Shown: in pieces, positions 20,850-29,167 of the stretch
Numbering within the stretch: the stretch's first letter is position 1
How the letters are laid out: every line of letters starts with the position of its first letter
Virus record (IMG/VR): IMGVR_UViG_3300021964_000047
Location: 1-64,000 of that record
Strand: one strand, 5' to 3'
Length of the DNA: 64,000 nt
Source of the DNA: a virus
Notes under the pieces: generated by a model
Database searches by the model: none
What the model was told of the DNA's origin: nothing
What the model saw: only the letters and a program-made list of their open reading frames with translations
Position numbers and translations under genes: made by a program

Positions 20850-21640
20850 TGATTGGTCTTGGTAAAGCAGGCTGCTCAATAGCCGAAATGTTTAAATTTT
20901 ATGATAATTACAAAGTTTTGACCTATGATGGAGGAAAGAATGTACCCCTTAATGAATCTTCAGAAGGATACGAAAATGAATTTCCAAATAAAAAAGAACT
21001 TGCAAAGATCAAAGGAGAAACTATCTGGTTTTTTGTTTGCGGCGCAGGAAAGGTTGCTGGGGCAACTCTACGATTACTTGAACAAATCAGAGAAAACAAA
21101 ATAAATATTGTTTATATCGTACCTGATGTTTCAATTTCATCAGATTTGGCCAAGAAGCGTAACAAAGTAAGCATGGGGGTGCTTCAAGAATACGCTAGAT
21201 CTGGTTTATTCGAGGCAATTTATCTTGTTTCTAATAATTCTCTTCAAGAAATCGTTGGAGAAGCCCCGCTGGCCTCTTATTACTCAAAAATGAACGAATT
21301 AATCTTTAATTGTGTTCATTCAATGAATGTTTTCGCTCATACCGACCCTGTCTTCGGACAATTGCATGAGCCAAAAGAAATCTCAAGAATCAGAACCTTC
21401 TCATTCTCCGAGACCAATAAAAAAGAAAAAAAGTTATTTTTTCCACTTGACAATATAACCGAAACATGTTATATTAATAATATCAAAAAGAGCGAGATTG
21501 AAAATAATTCAAATCTTATCTCTGAGATAAAAAACAGACTAGATGATGATGTTATTTCTTCATTTACTGTTTACCAATCCCCTTACGAGCATTCTTATGC
21601 TTATGGGATTCACTACACTCATTTCATTCAGGAGGTATAA
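20843..21640 (+). CDS. Divergent tubulin/FtsZ-family (PhuZ-like) protein
   Basis: N-terminal IGLGKAGCSIA nucleotide-binding loop; CGAGKVAGAT at the tubulin signature position; IYLVSN and downstream helix pattern. Confidence 0.65.
   Translation: MVVIGLGKAGCSIAEMFKFYDNYKVLTYDGGKNVPLNESSEGYENEFPNKKELAKIKGETIWFFVCGAGKVAGATLRLLEQIRENKINIVYIVPDVSISSDLAKKRNKVSMGVLQEYARSGLFEAIYLVSNNSLQEIVGEAPLASYYSKMNELIFNCVHSMNVFAHTDPVFGQLHEPKEISRIRTFSFSETNKKEKKLFFPLDNITETCYINNIKKSEIENNSNLISEIKNRLDDDVISSFTVYQSPYEHSYAYGIHYTHFIQEV
21447..21475 (+). promoter_or_regulatory. Intragenic sigma70-type promoter inside tubulin-like gene
   Basis: TTGACA-N17-TATATT with TG extended -10. Confidence 0.6.
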
Positions 21641-21891
21641 TGAATAATTACGTAGTTTACACTGGTACCTATACCAAGCAAGACGGAACTAACCGTACAA
21701 TGCAATTTGTCCGCACTCAGGACCTTCCAACGGATCTATTTGCTCCTTATGAGCGAAACCCTAAGCGAAAAATGCAAGAAGGCTATGAATTAGTCTTTGA
21801 TGTCCAGCGAATGGGTTTCCGAGCATTTAACTGGAATACCGTTCAAGGTGAAGTTGTCTCAAAAGAACAGAATATCGACTTCCCAGAATAA
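21640..21891 (+). CDS. Small WYL-like/SH3-fold phage protein
   Basis: YTKQDGTNRTM...VFDVQRMGFRAFNW; GGAGG SD. Confidence 0.55.
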   Translation: MNNYVVYTGTYTKQDGTNRTMQFVRTQDLPTDLFAPYERNPKRKMQEGYELVFDVQRMGFRAFNWNTVQGEVVSKEQNIDFPE

Positions 21892-21968
21892 GTCTGTGGG
21901 CGTGTTAGCCCCGAGTTCGGGAGATCTCGTAAAAAATCTCCCCTGTTTAAAAAAAATACAAAAAACAC

Positions 21969-21997
21969 TTGACAAATGAGTCAAAATATGTTATAAT
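21969..21997 (+). promoter_or_regulatory. Consensus sigma70 promoter for ssb-recA
   Basis: TTGACA-N17-TATAAT with TG extended -10. Confidence 0.88.
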
Positions 21998-22076
21998 TAT
22001 ATATGTTGAAAGTGATATTGGACTTTCAGCGTTAGGGTAGATCCCCACAATGATTAACTAATAAGGAGATAAAATC

Positions 22077-22844
22077 ATGGCTATTGATCTAGACGCAATG
22101 CGAGCAAAACTCGAGCAATCAAAGAATGGAGGTAAGAAGAAAACATCAGACACTAAATGGCGACCTCAACAAGGCGACCAAACTATTCGTATCCTACCAA
22201 CAGCAGACGGCGATCCGTTCAAAGAATATTTCTTTCATTATAATGTTGGTAAAAACCCCGGACTTCTTTGTCCAAAAAAGAATCATGGCGGCGACTGTCC
22301 AATTTGTGACTTTGCTTCCAAGTTGTGGCGTGAAGGCGTCGACAACAATGATGAAGTAGCGAAGAAAGAAGCAAAGCAACTCTTTGCCCGAAATCGTTAT
22401 TATTCTCCAATCTTGGTCCGAGGCCAAGAAGAAGAAGGAGTTAAAGTATGGGCTTATGGTAAGCAAGCATATCAAACTCTTCTTGGATATGTTCTTGATC
22501 CAGATTATGGTGATGTAACAGATCCTGAAACAGGCACAGATATTGTTTTGAATTATGATGTTCCCGGAACCCCCGGCACATTTCCAAAGACAACTCTTAA
22601 ACCTCGTCGTCGTCCCTCCGTTTTATGTGACGATGCGGTAGCAGACTGTGCCGAACTTCTTGACTCGGTGCCTGATTTCTCTTCTCTTTTCGATGAGAAA
22701 ACAACTCAAGAATTGGAAACTATTTTGAGCGACTATCTCGCTGGCAATTCGAGTGCCTCCGATGATGATAGTGCTGGAGTTGAGAAGTATGCGTCTTCTG
22801 GCGACGCAGTTCTAGAAGCAATGCAACGACTTCAGGGTAAATAA
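22077..22844 (+). CDS. ssb: Single-stranded DNA-binding protein (T4 gp32-like)
   Basis: IRILP...PF...H, C-x-C Zn ligands (CPKK...CPIC), VKVWAYGK, DVTDPETGTD and acidic tail. Confidence 0.85.
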   Translation: MAIDLDAMRAKLEQSKNGGKKKTSDTKWRPQQGDQTIRILPTADGDPFKEYFFHYNVGKNPGLLCPKKNHGGDCPICDFASKLWREGVDNNDEVAKKEAKQLFARNRYYSPILVRGQEEEGVKVWAYGKQAYQTLLGYVLDPDYGDVTDPETGTDIVLNYDVPGTPGTFPKTTLKPRRRPSVLCDDAVADCAELLDSVPDFSSLFDEKTTQELETILSDYLAGNSSASDDDSAGVEKYASSGDAVLEAMQRLQGK

Positions 22845-22923
22845 CAAAGTCCAGTGAGCAATCGCTCCCCGCAGGGAAGGCACGGGGTTACAGGTGTCTT
22901 TGTTTTTTCATTGGAGGCCCATA

Positions 22924-24033
22924 GTGGGAAAAGTTTTAAAAATGGCAAAAGCAGGTAAATTAGATCTGAACTCAATGAAGTCTCTGATCAACAAGACCAC
23001 GGGCATGAATGTAGCCCATAGTCTTGAAGAAGATAACCCAACGGCAGTAAAGGACTGGATCCCAACCGGTTCTCGTTGGTTAGACTCTATTATCTGTAAA
23101 GGCAAAATGGCAGGTATTCCCGTCGGAAAGGTAACTGAGATTGCTGGTCTTTCAGCCTCTGGTAAATCCTTTATGGCAACTCAAATCGCTGCCAATGCTC
23201 AGAAGAAAGGTATTCAAGTTGTTTATTTTGATGCTGAGTCGGCAATTGACCCTGATTTCCTTACCAGAGCAGGCGTTGATAATAGCGAGTTGCTTTACAT
23301 TCAGGCAGTTTCTGTTGAGAAAACTCTCAATCAAATCGAGACCCTAATGACCAATTATCCTGACACTCAGTTTTTGTTTATTTGGGACTCAATTGCTGCC
23401 ACAGCCTCCGAGAAAGATATTGAAGGCGATTTTAATCCACAATCGTCTATGGCTGTCAAGCCTCGTATCTTCTCAAAGGCATTTCCAAAGTTAACGATTC
23501 CTCTTGCGGATTCACAATCAACTTTGGTTCTCATCAATCAGCTTAAGCAAAACATTTCCTCAAATGTTGCTGAAATGATGACGACACCTTATATTGCTCC
23601 CGGCGGTAAGGCTATTGAGTATTTCTGTTCTCTGCGTATTTGGCTCACAAAACGTAAAGCAAAGGCTTCCTTTGTTGAGAACGAAAAAGGTGTCCGAATT
23701 GGCTCCGAGACCAAAATAAAAATTGAGAAATCTCGATTTGGTTCTTATGGTCGAACATGTACCTTCAAAATCTTATGGGGAGATGATGTCGGTATTCAGG
23801 ATGAGGAGTCATGGCTCGAGGCAATCAAGCTGTCAGGAACCGACAGACTTAAGCGAGCCGGTGCTTGGTATACCATTGTGGGCTCTGATGGTAAAGAATT
23901 CAAATTCCAAGCCTCTAAGTGGATTGAACAGCTTCAGGATGAAGCCTTCCGAGCTGTTGTGTATGATATCATGGACAAAGAAATCATTGAGAAATATGAT
24001 AACGATGGAAGTGATATTGATATCGGTGAATAA
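22924..24033 (+). CDS. recA: RecA/UvsX recombinase
   Basis: Walker A GLSASGKS, YFDAE, IWDSIAA, LINQL, PGGKAIEY; likely GTG start at 22924 after GGAGG. Confidence 0.93.
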   Translation: MGKVLKMAKAGKLDLNSMKSLINKTTGMNVAHSLEEDNPTAVKDWIPTGSRWLDSIICKGKMAGIPVGKVTEIAGLSASGKSFMATQIAANAQKKGIQVVYFDAESAIDPDFLTRAGVDNSELLYIQAVSVEKTLNQIETLMTNYPDTQFLFIWDSIAATASEKDIEGDFNPQSSMAVKPRIFSKAFPKLTIPLADSQSTLVLINQLKQNISSNVAEMMTTPYIAPGGKAIEYFCSLRIWLTKRKAKASFVENEKGVRIGSETKIKIEKSRFGSYGRTCTFKILWGDDVGIQDEESWLEAIKLSGTDRLKRAGAWYTIVGSDGKEFKFQASKWIEQLQDEAFRAVVYDIMDKEIIEKYDNDGSDIDIGE

Positions 24034-24058
24034 GTTTTTTCATCTTATTTCCTCCTTT

Positions 24059-24086
24059 GGCCGCTCCCTTCGGGGAGCGGTTTTTT
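24059..24086 (+). terminator. Rho-independent terminator after recA
   Basis: CCGCTCCC-TTCG-GGGAGCGG followed by TTTTTT. Confidence 0.9.
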
Positions 24087-24137
24087 GTTTATGGAGCATG
24101 ATTCATTGTTCAAGAACTATTTAGTATAGGAGTTATT

Positions 24138-24476
24138 ATGGCGAAAACACTATGGCCGGCTGGATCAATTGTATACTTTGAGGGTTTCGAAGATATCCCT
24201 TATCGCCTCATTGATCGAGTGGTCGAGAACCATACTAAAATGATTCCGATTATTGATATTTTGACATTAGAAATAGAATGGACAAAATTTGATGAATTAG
24301 AATATTTAGATAAACCTGAAACCTATAAGGAGTATTACTATGCAGTCCGCAGAGAAAATTCAAAAACAATACGAAGACCTAAAAGAACTATTATTATCGA
24401 TAGAGGGGGATCTTCAAAAGAACTTGGAGAAGGGGAACAAAGCAGCAGGGACGAGAGCCCGAAAAGCACTTCGTGA
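24138..24476 (+). CDS. Hypothetical protein
   Basis: AGGAG SD and ACTATTTA motif upstream; 3' part overlaps the next gene. Confidence 0.55.
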   Translation: MAKTLWPAGSIVYFEGFEDIPYRLIDRVVENHTKMIPIIDILTLEIEWTKFDELEYLDKPETYKEYYYAVRRENSKTIRRPKRTIIIDRGGSSKELGEGEQSSRDESPKSTS

Positions 24477-24537
24477 AATCAAGAAAGAAGCCGCTGCCCT
24501 TGTTAAAGCAATGATTGAGCTTGAAAAACAAGAATAA
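24340..24537 (+). CDS. Histone H1-like nucleoid protein (Hc1 family)
   Basis: KGNKAAGTRARKALREIKK signature; AAGGAG SD. Confidence 0.8.
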   Translation: MQSAEKIQKQYEDLKELLLSIEGDLQKNLEKGNKAAGTRARKALREIKKEAAALVKAMIELEKQE

Positions 24538-24568
24538 TCACACTATTTACACTAAAAGGGCATAAATC

Positions 24569-24982
24569 GTGAGCAATAACTTTTATTACACAAATGGATT
24601 AGGGAATGTTGGGTCTTATCAAGCATCGGCAAAACCTTATTTGACTTCTTCTTTGACGGTTCCAGACAATACATCTGAACCTTTGGAGATTACATTTCCA
24701 AATGTGAGTAGGTTTGTTGTTATAACTAATACAGCAGAACCTTCTGCTCCAAGCAGACCAATAAGATTTGGTTTTTCTTCTGCTGGAGTCCAAGGTTCTG
24801 TTGATAACAACTATGTAGTTCTAGATAATGCCGAAACATTTGAGGCTGAATTTAGAGTGACAAGTGTGTTTCTTCTGTCTAACACTGCCCAAGAAGGATC
24901 TGCTTCCGTTATTGCCGGATTGACTGGAATACATCATAAGCACTTGCTTAATAATTGGTCTGGATCGATAGGAGTAGGATAA
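24569..24982 (+). CDS. Putative virion structural protein (beta-rich)
   Basis: GLGNVGSYQAS...ITFPNVSRFV; ACTATTTA motif at 24542. Confidence 0.6.
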   Translation: MSNNFYYTNGLGNVGSYQASAKPYLTSSLTVPDNTSEPLEITFPNVSRFVVITNTAEPSAPSRPIRFGFSSAGVQGSVDNNYVVLDNAETFEAEFRVTSVFLLSNTAQEGSASVIAGLTGIHHKHLLNNWSGSIGVG

Positions 24983-26529
24983 TGGGATTTAATGATTTAA
25001 GAAAAAAGATTGCTTCTGTAACACCCAACGGCGGACAAGCAGTTGAGATTAAAAGCCCTTTGTCTACTTTCGGTGAACTTACAATTACCGATATGACGCC
25101 CATAGCACAGGGCGATTTTGTTTATGACAACATAAATACACAGATTTTCACAACTTCTTCGTATGGTACTGGAACATCTGTCGCCGTATCTTCTGGTATG
25201 TGCAATTTGGATTCTGGAACAGATGCTTCTGGTTCTGCAACAGTACAATTGCGAAGAGGCTTGAAGTATCGCTCTGGACAAGGTGCTCTTATGAGAGGTA
25301 CTGCCTTGTTTGATGAGCCAGATGCTGGTCATGCTCAATTTATTGGTTTTGGTAATGCTGAATGTGGTTATTTTATCGGCTATTTCGGAAACAACTTTGG
25401 TGTCCTTCATCAGCCAAAGAATCGCCGCGAGATTAGAAAACTCACAGTAACGACAGCAACCGCAACAGGAAATGTAACAGTCACTTTGGATGGCAATGCT
25501 GTAACAGTCCCAGTGAATGCTACAAGCACCAATCAACTTGCTTATCAATTATTTAAACATGATTATAGACAAGTTGCTGGTGGAGGCTTCCTTGTTGATA
25601 TAATTGGCTCAGATGTTTACTTTATAACTGCTCGCTCAAGGCAAACCACCGGTGGCTTTAGTGCTACATTTGGCGGTTCTCCGATAGGGACATTTTCGGT
25701 AGTCCAACCAGCAATTGTAACAGCACCAGATTTTATACCATCTGGATCTTTCAATATAGATAGATTAGATGGAACTGGTCCAAGCCAAATGACTTTGGAC
25801 CCCACAAAGGGAAATGTTTTCCAAATCGGATTCCAATATCTTGGCTTTGGTAATGCTAAATTTTATGTCGAGAACCCTCAATCGGGACATATGCAATTGT
25901 TTCATGAAATACAGAATGCTAATAATAGAACAACTCCTGTACTTGTCAATCCTAATGTCTCTATTTTGGCGACATCTGCCAACATTGGAGGCACAACATC
26001 AAAAAGATTAAAGTCTGCTTCTCTCGCTGCTTTTAATGAGGGTAAAGAAAGAAAACTAGATCCGAAGTATGCTAGAACATTTGACATCCCTGCCGGAACA
26101 GAAGCAACTTATGTTCCGCTAGCCATATTTAAAACAAACAGAGTCTTTAGTGATCAAAGTTGTTTCGGAGAACTTGATTTTTTAAAAGCATCTATTGCCA
26201 ATAATACCGCCTCGTCATCACCAAAATCTATTATTGTGGCTTTTTTCCTGAATGCTACTGTAACTGGTGATGTTAATTTTGAAGAGGTACTGGCAGGTGA
26301 ATCTATTGTATCTTATGCAACAACAGACCCATCATCAGACACAATAGATAATATTGCTAATTTGGTACCTTTTTATACAATTACTTGCGGTGCTGGAACA
26401 TCTAATACACAAAATATCGCTAGTATGGAGTATACATTTGGAGCCGGTCAAACTGTTGTTGTGGCCTATAAAACATCGGGCAACATTACAGCAAGCACAT
26501 TCTCCTTAAACTGGTACGAACAACAATAA
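24982..26529 (+). CDS. Putative virion structural protein (Thr/Ser/Gly-rich, beta-sandwich)
   Basis: About 515 aa; YRSGQG, LDGTGPSQMTLDPTKGNVFQIGFQYLGFG motifs; ATG overlaps previous stop. Confidence 0.65.
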   Translation: MGFNDLRKKIASVTPNGGQAVEIKSPLSTFGELTITDMTPIAQGDFVYDNINTQIFTTSSYGTGTSVAVSSGMCNLDSGTDASGSATVQLRRGLKYRSGQGALMRGTALFDEPDAGHAQFIGFGNAECGYFIGYFGNNFGVLHQPKNRREIRKLTVTTATATGNVTVTLDGNAVTVPVNATSTNQLAYQLFKHDYRQVAGGGFLVDIIGSDVYFITARSRQTTGGFSATFGGSPIGTFSVVQPAIVTAPDFIPSGSFNIDRLDGTGPSQMTLDPTKGNVFQIGFQYLGFGNAKFYVENPQSGHMQLFHEIQNANNRTTPVLVNPNVSILATSANIGGTTSKRLKSASLAAFNEGKERKLDPKYARTFDIPAGTEATYVPLAIFKTNRVFSDQSCFGELDFLKASIANNTASSSPKSIIVAFFLNATVTGDVNFEEVLAGESIVSYATTDPSSDTIDNIANLVPFYTITCGAGTSNTQNIASMEYTFGAGQTVVVAYKTSGNITASTFSLNWYEQQ

Positions 26530-26557
26530 AAAACAACTTTATTTCATTTTTCTTCCA

Positions 26558-26593
26558 ATGCCCCTTGACAACCGTCTTGGGGCATGTTATATT
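26558..26593 (+). promoter_or_regulatory. sigma70 promoter embedded in inverted repeat
   Basis: TTGACA(26565)-N17-TATATT; ATGCCCC...GGGGCAT flanks the -35 box. Confidence 0.8.
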
Positions 26594-26616
26594 ATATACA
26601 TCATTAGGAGGTAAAA

Positions 26617-26871
26617 ATGATAAATAATAAATTTCAATCTTTTATGTTGGCTACGATAGCATTGGCTTTGTGTATCTTGGCCGGAGATAAAATATATGAT
26701 ACCCTTGTACCAGAGGCTAGAGCAGGCTCTTATAGGTGGGCTTGTGGCCGCATTGACCATACAGGAGATACTCTACAGCGAATCTTAAATCAAGAAAACA
26801 TTATTCAAGTTTCTTTGGTACAAGATCCAAGTCCCGGATCTGCTGGTATTTTCGTGTGTACCGCTTCATAG
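26617..26871 (+). CDS. Small membrane-anchored or secreted protein, paralog 1
   Basis: MINNKFQSF start, hydrophobic helix, AxA site, two Cys in the mature part. Confidence 0.7.
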   Translation: MINNKFQSFMLATIALALCILAGDKIYDTLVPEARAGSYRWACGRIDHTGDTLQRILNQENIIQVSLVQDPSPGSAGIFVCTAS

Positions 26872-26913
26872 CAAGCAGTTCTTTACAAATTTCAATATCA
26901 TTCGGAGGTAAAA

Positions 26914-27153
26914 ATGATAAATAATAAATTTCAATCTTTCACAATGGCCATTGTTGCATTGGCCTTTATATTCATAGCAGCAGAGAGAGCTTATAGTCTC
27001 TTCGTCCCCAAAGCAAATGCTTATTCAACATCTTGGGTCTGTGCGACCTATAATGGAACAAGAGAATTGACTTCACATTTGCAAAATAAAGGTGTAATTG
27101 AAGTGGCTTTAGGTTCAGCAGCAGGTCAGGATATGGTCTGCATGAAATACTAA
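26914..27153 (+). CDS. Small membrane-anchored or secreted protein, paralog 2
   Basis: Identical MINNKFQSF start and SD region; WxC...C pattern. Confidence 0.7.
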   Translation: MINNKFQSFTMAIVALAFIFIAAERAYSLFVPKANAYSTSWVCATYNGTRELTSHLQNKGVIEVALGSAAGQDMVCMKY

Positions 27154-27183
27154 TAAAATCAATAAAAAACCTAAAAAATAATG

Positions 27184-27220
27184 CATGCCCCTTGACAAAT
27201 GTCTTGGGGCATGTTACATT
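27184..27220 (+). promoter_or_regulatory. sigma70 promoter embedded in inverted repeat (near copy of 26558 element)
   Basis: CATGCCCC-TTGACA-AATGTCTT-GGGGCATG then TACATT at 17 bp. Confidence 0.8.
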
Positions 27221-27240
27221 ATATACATCATGGAGGCACA

Positions 27241-27459
27241 ATGAAAATTATAAAATATATTTTTGGAGTTATATCTTATTTATTCTCCGCTGTTTTTGCT
27301 CTTGGCTGTTTTGGCGTAATTATGCGTTTACTCATGCCACAGCCAGTTACAAATACAGGGTTATTCTTGCTTGGCTTATTAATCGAGTTTTGCATCTTGG
27401 CCGCACTTTCTGGCGGTCTTTGGAAAGCAGGCGAATATCTAACCGGAAAGGAGGAATAA
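27241..27459 (+). CDS. Small two-TM membrane protein
   Basis: GGAGG SD; two hydrophobic segments. Confidence 0.65.
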   Translation: MKIIKYIFGVISYLFSAVFALGCFGVIMRLLMPQPVTNTGLFLLGLLIEFCILAALSGGLWKAGEYLTGKEE

Positions 27460-28412
27460 TGAAACATGATATAATGCTAATTGATGGACTGAACATGTTC
27501 ATCCGGAGTTACATCGTAAACCCCACGATTGACTCAAAAGGGCGACCGCTCGGAGGATGTATGGGATTCCTCAAATCTCTCCAAAAGGTTGTCCGAATGT
27601 TTGCTCCCGACGAAATCGTTATCTGTTGGGACGGACAAGGCGGAAGCCAGAGGCGGAAAGCCCAAAACAAAAACTACAAAGAAGGACGCTCTCCGGTCCG
27701 CTTTAACCGAAGAATGTACGAATTATCCCCCGAGGAACAAGAAAAAAATAAAGCATATCAATTTTATAGGTTAGTTGAGTATCTTAATGAAATGCCGGTT
27801 ATACAAATTATGGTTGATGGAATTGAAGCAGATGATGTGGTCGGTGTTCTCGCAGGATCAGATCATTACAGAGGACGTAGTAAGATCATTGTGTCTTCTG
27901 ATAAAGACTTCCTCCAACTCTGCAACGAGGAAACCACTCTTTACCGACCGATTCAAGACACAATTGTTACCCAAAATAGCGTTGTTTCTGAATTTGGTAT
28001 TCATCCCAATAATTTTGCCCTTGCTCGAGCAATCGCAGGGGATGCATCGGACAACATTCAAGGCGTTCCTCGTGTTGGGCTTGGCACAGTTAAAAAACAT
28101 TTTCCTTTCATGGCTGAGTCAAAAAGTTACAGCAGTCAGGATCTTGTTGAACATTGTCGACAAGTGGGAAAGACTCTCTCTTGTCACAAAAAGATTATCG
28201 ATAATTCTTCTTTAATTCAATCTAATTATGGAATAATGCAACTATATAATCCAATTATATCGCCGATGACCTTAAAACAAATAATGTTTAATGTCACAGA
28301 ATTCGAACCAAAAGTCAATATAACCGAAGTTAAGAAAATGACCCTTGAAGACGGTTTTGTTGCTTATAAATTTGATGATCTCTATGCGGCGTTTAGAAGA
28401 ATTACAGCATAA
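27459..28412 (+). CDS. 5'-3' exonuclease/flap endonuclease (PolI N-terminal / T4 RNase H family)
   Basis: LIDGLN, CWDG, RK..YK..R, EADD, SSDKDFLQL, GDASDNIQGVPRVG; true start ATG 27459. Confidence 0.92.
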   Translation: MKHDIMLIDGLNMFIRSYIVNPTIDSKGRPLGGCMGFLKSLQKVVRMFAPDEIVICWDGQGGSQRRKAQNKNYKEGRSPVRFNRRMYELSPEEQEKNKAYQFYRLVEYLNEMPVIQIMVDGIEADDVVGVLAGSDHYRGRSKIIVSSDKDFLQLCNEETTLYRPIQDTIVTQNSVVSEFGIHPNNFALARAIAGDASDNIQGVPRVGLGTVKKHFPFMAESKSYSSQDLVEHCRQVGKTLSCHKKIIDNSSLIQSNYGIMQLYNPIISPMTLKQIMFNVTEFEPKVNITEVKKMTLEDGFVAYKFDDLYAAFRRITA

Positions 28413-28434
28413 TTATACAGCGGAGGAAACAACC

Positions 28435-28656
28435 ATGCATTCTTATTTTATTTCTATTCTCACGGCTTGCGTAAGCCCTGTTATAACCTTTGGCGAAGGC
28501 GACGAGTGGGACTATGATTATCAATGGACTTGCGAGGAACCATCATCAGCTTATAATTTGCAGATCAAAGCATATCAGCGACTTCCCGAGACCAAAACCG
28601 AAACAGTTGATCTTTTTAATAGATTTCCTGTGAGTGAGGTGTCAGTTGAACAGTAA
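28435..28656 (+). CDS. Small putative lipoprotein
   Basis: GGAGG SD; short hydrophobic N-terminus ending in LTAC lipobox-like motif. Confidence 0.5.
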   Translation: MHSYFISILTACVSPVITFGEGDEWDYDYQWTCEEPSSAYNLQIKAYQRLPETKTETVDLFNRFPVSEVSVEQ

Positions 28657-28993
28657 TTTAGTTCTTGCTATTGTTTTCTTTCTTATCGGGCATTTATTAT
28701 CATGGTATGGAGCGAACCTTCAGTTCGTTTCTCCATGGTGGAAAGCCCGTGCGGTTCTGTTAACTTGCATAATAGCAATTCCAACCGGCCTTATGTGGTT
28801 GTTTGGAACGCGATTCATTATGCAGTGGACACCTGAATTGTGGACTTCACGATTTATTGCTTTTTCATTATCTTATTTCACATTCCCTTTAATGACTTGG
28901 TATTACCTCGGCGAATCGCCTTTCACTGCAAAAACCATAATCTGCACTCTTCTTGCTTTTACAATAGTTATAGTTCAATTGTTCATGAAATAG
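28646..28993 (+). CDS. Small four-TM membrane protein (SMR/DMT-like size)
   Basis: Four hydrophobic helices; YLGESPF...K motif near C-terminus. Confidence 0.6.
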   Translation: MNSNLVLAIVFFLIGHLLSWYGANLQFVSPWWKARAVLLTCIIAIPTGLMWLFGTRFIMQWTPELWTSRFIAFSLSYFTFPLMTWYYLGESPFTAKTIICTLLAFTIVIVQLFMK

Positions 28994-29056
28994 CAAGTCA
29001 TCAAAATAAAATCCAATAACGACTTAGTAATCGTCGGTATAATTAAAAAATTACAT

Positions 29057-29089
29057 AAATGCCCCGTAAAAAAGGGCATTTTCTTTTTT
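29057..29089 (+). terminator. Rho-independent terminator
   Basis: AAATGCCC...GGGCATTT hairpin followed by T-rich tract. Confidence 0.7.
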
Positions 29090-29116
29090 CGAGACTAAAA
29101 AAAAGAAAAAAACAAC

Positions 29117-29145
29117 TTGACATTCCTTTTAAAATATGTTATAAT
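29117..29145 (+). promoter_or_regulatory. Consensus sigma70 promoter for helicase-RNR operon
   Basis: TTGACA-N17-TATAAT with TG extended -10. Confidence 0.88.
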
Positions 29146-29167
29146 ATTTATATACAACGGAGCAATT

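Noticed and set aside
20843-21640. Nucleus-forming jumbo phage
   Set aside because: A tubulin-like gene alone is insufficient; no chimallin-like or phage multisubunit RNA polymerase gene was recognised here, and transcription signals are host sigma70-type
21892-22923. tRNA genes in the structured intergenic regions
   Set aside because: No cloverleaf with T-loop (GTTCRA) and acceptor stem could be built by eye; tRNAscan-SE was not run
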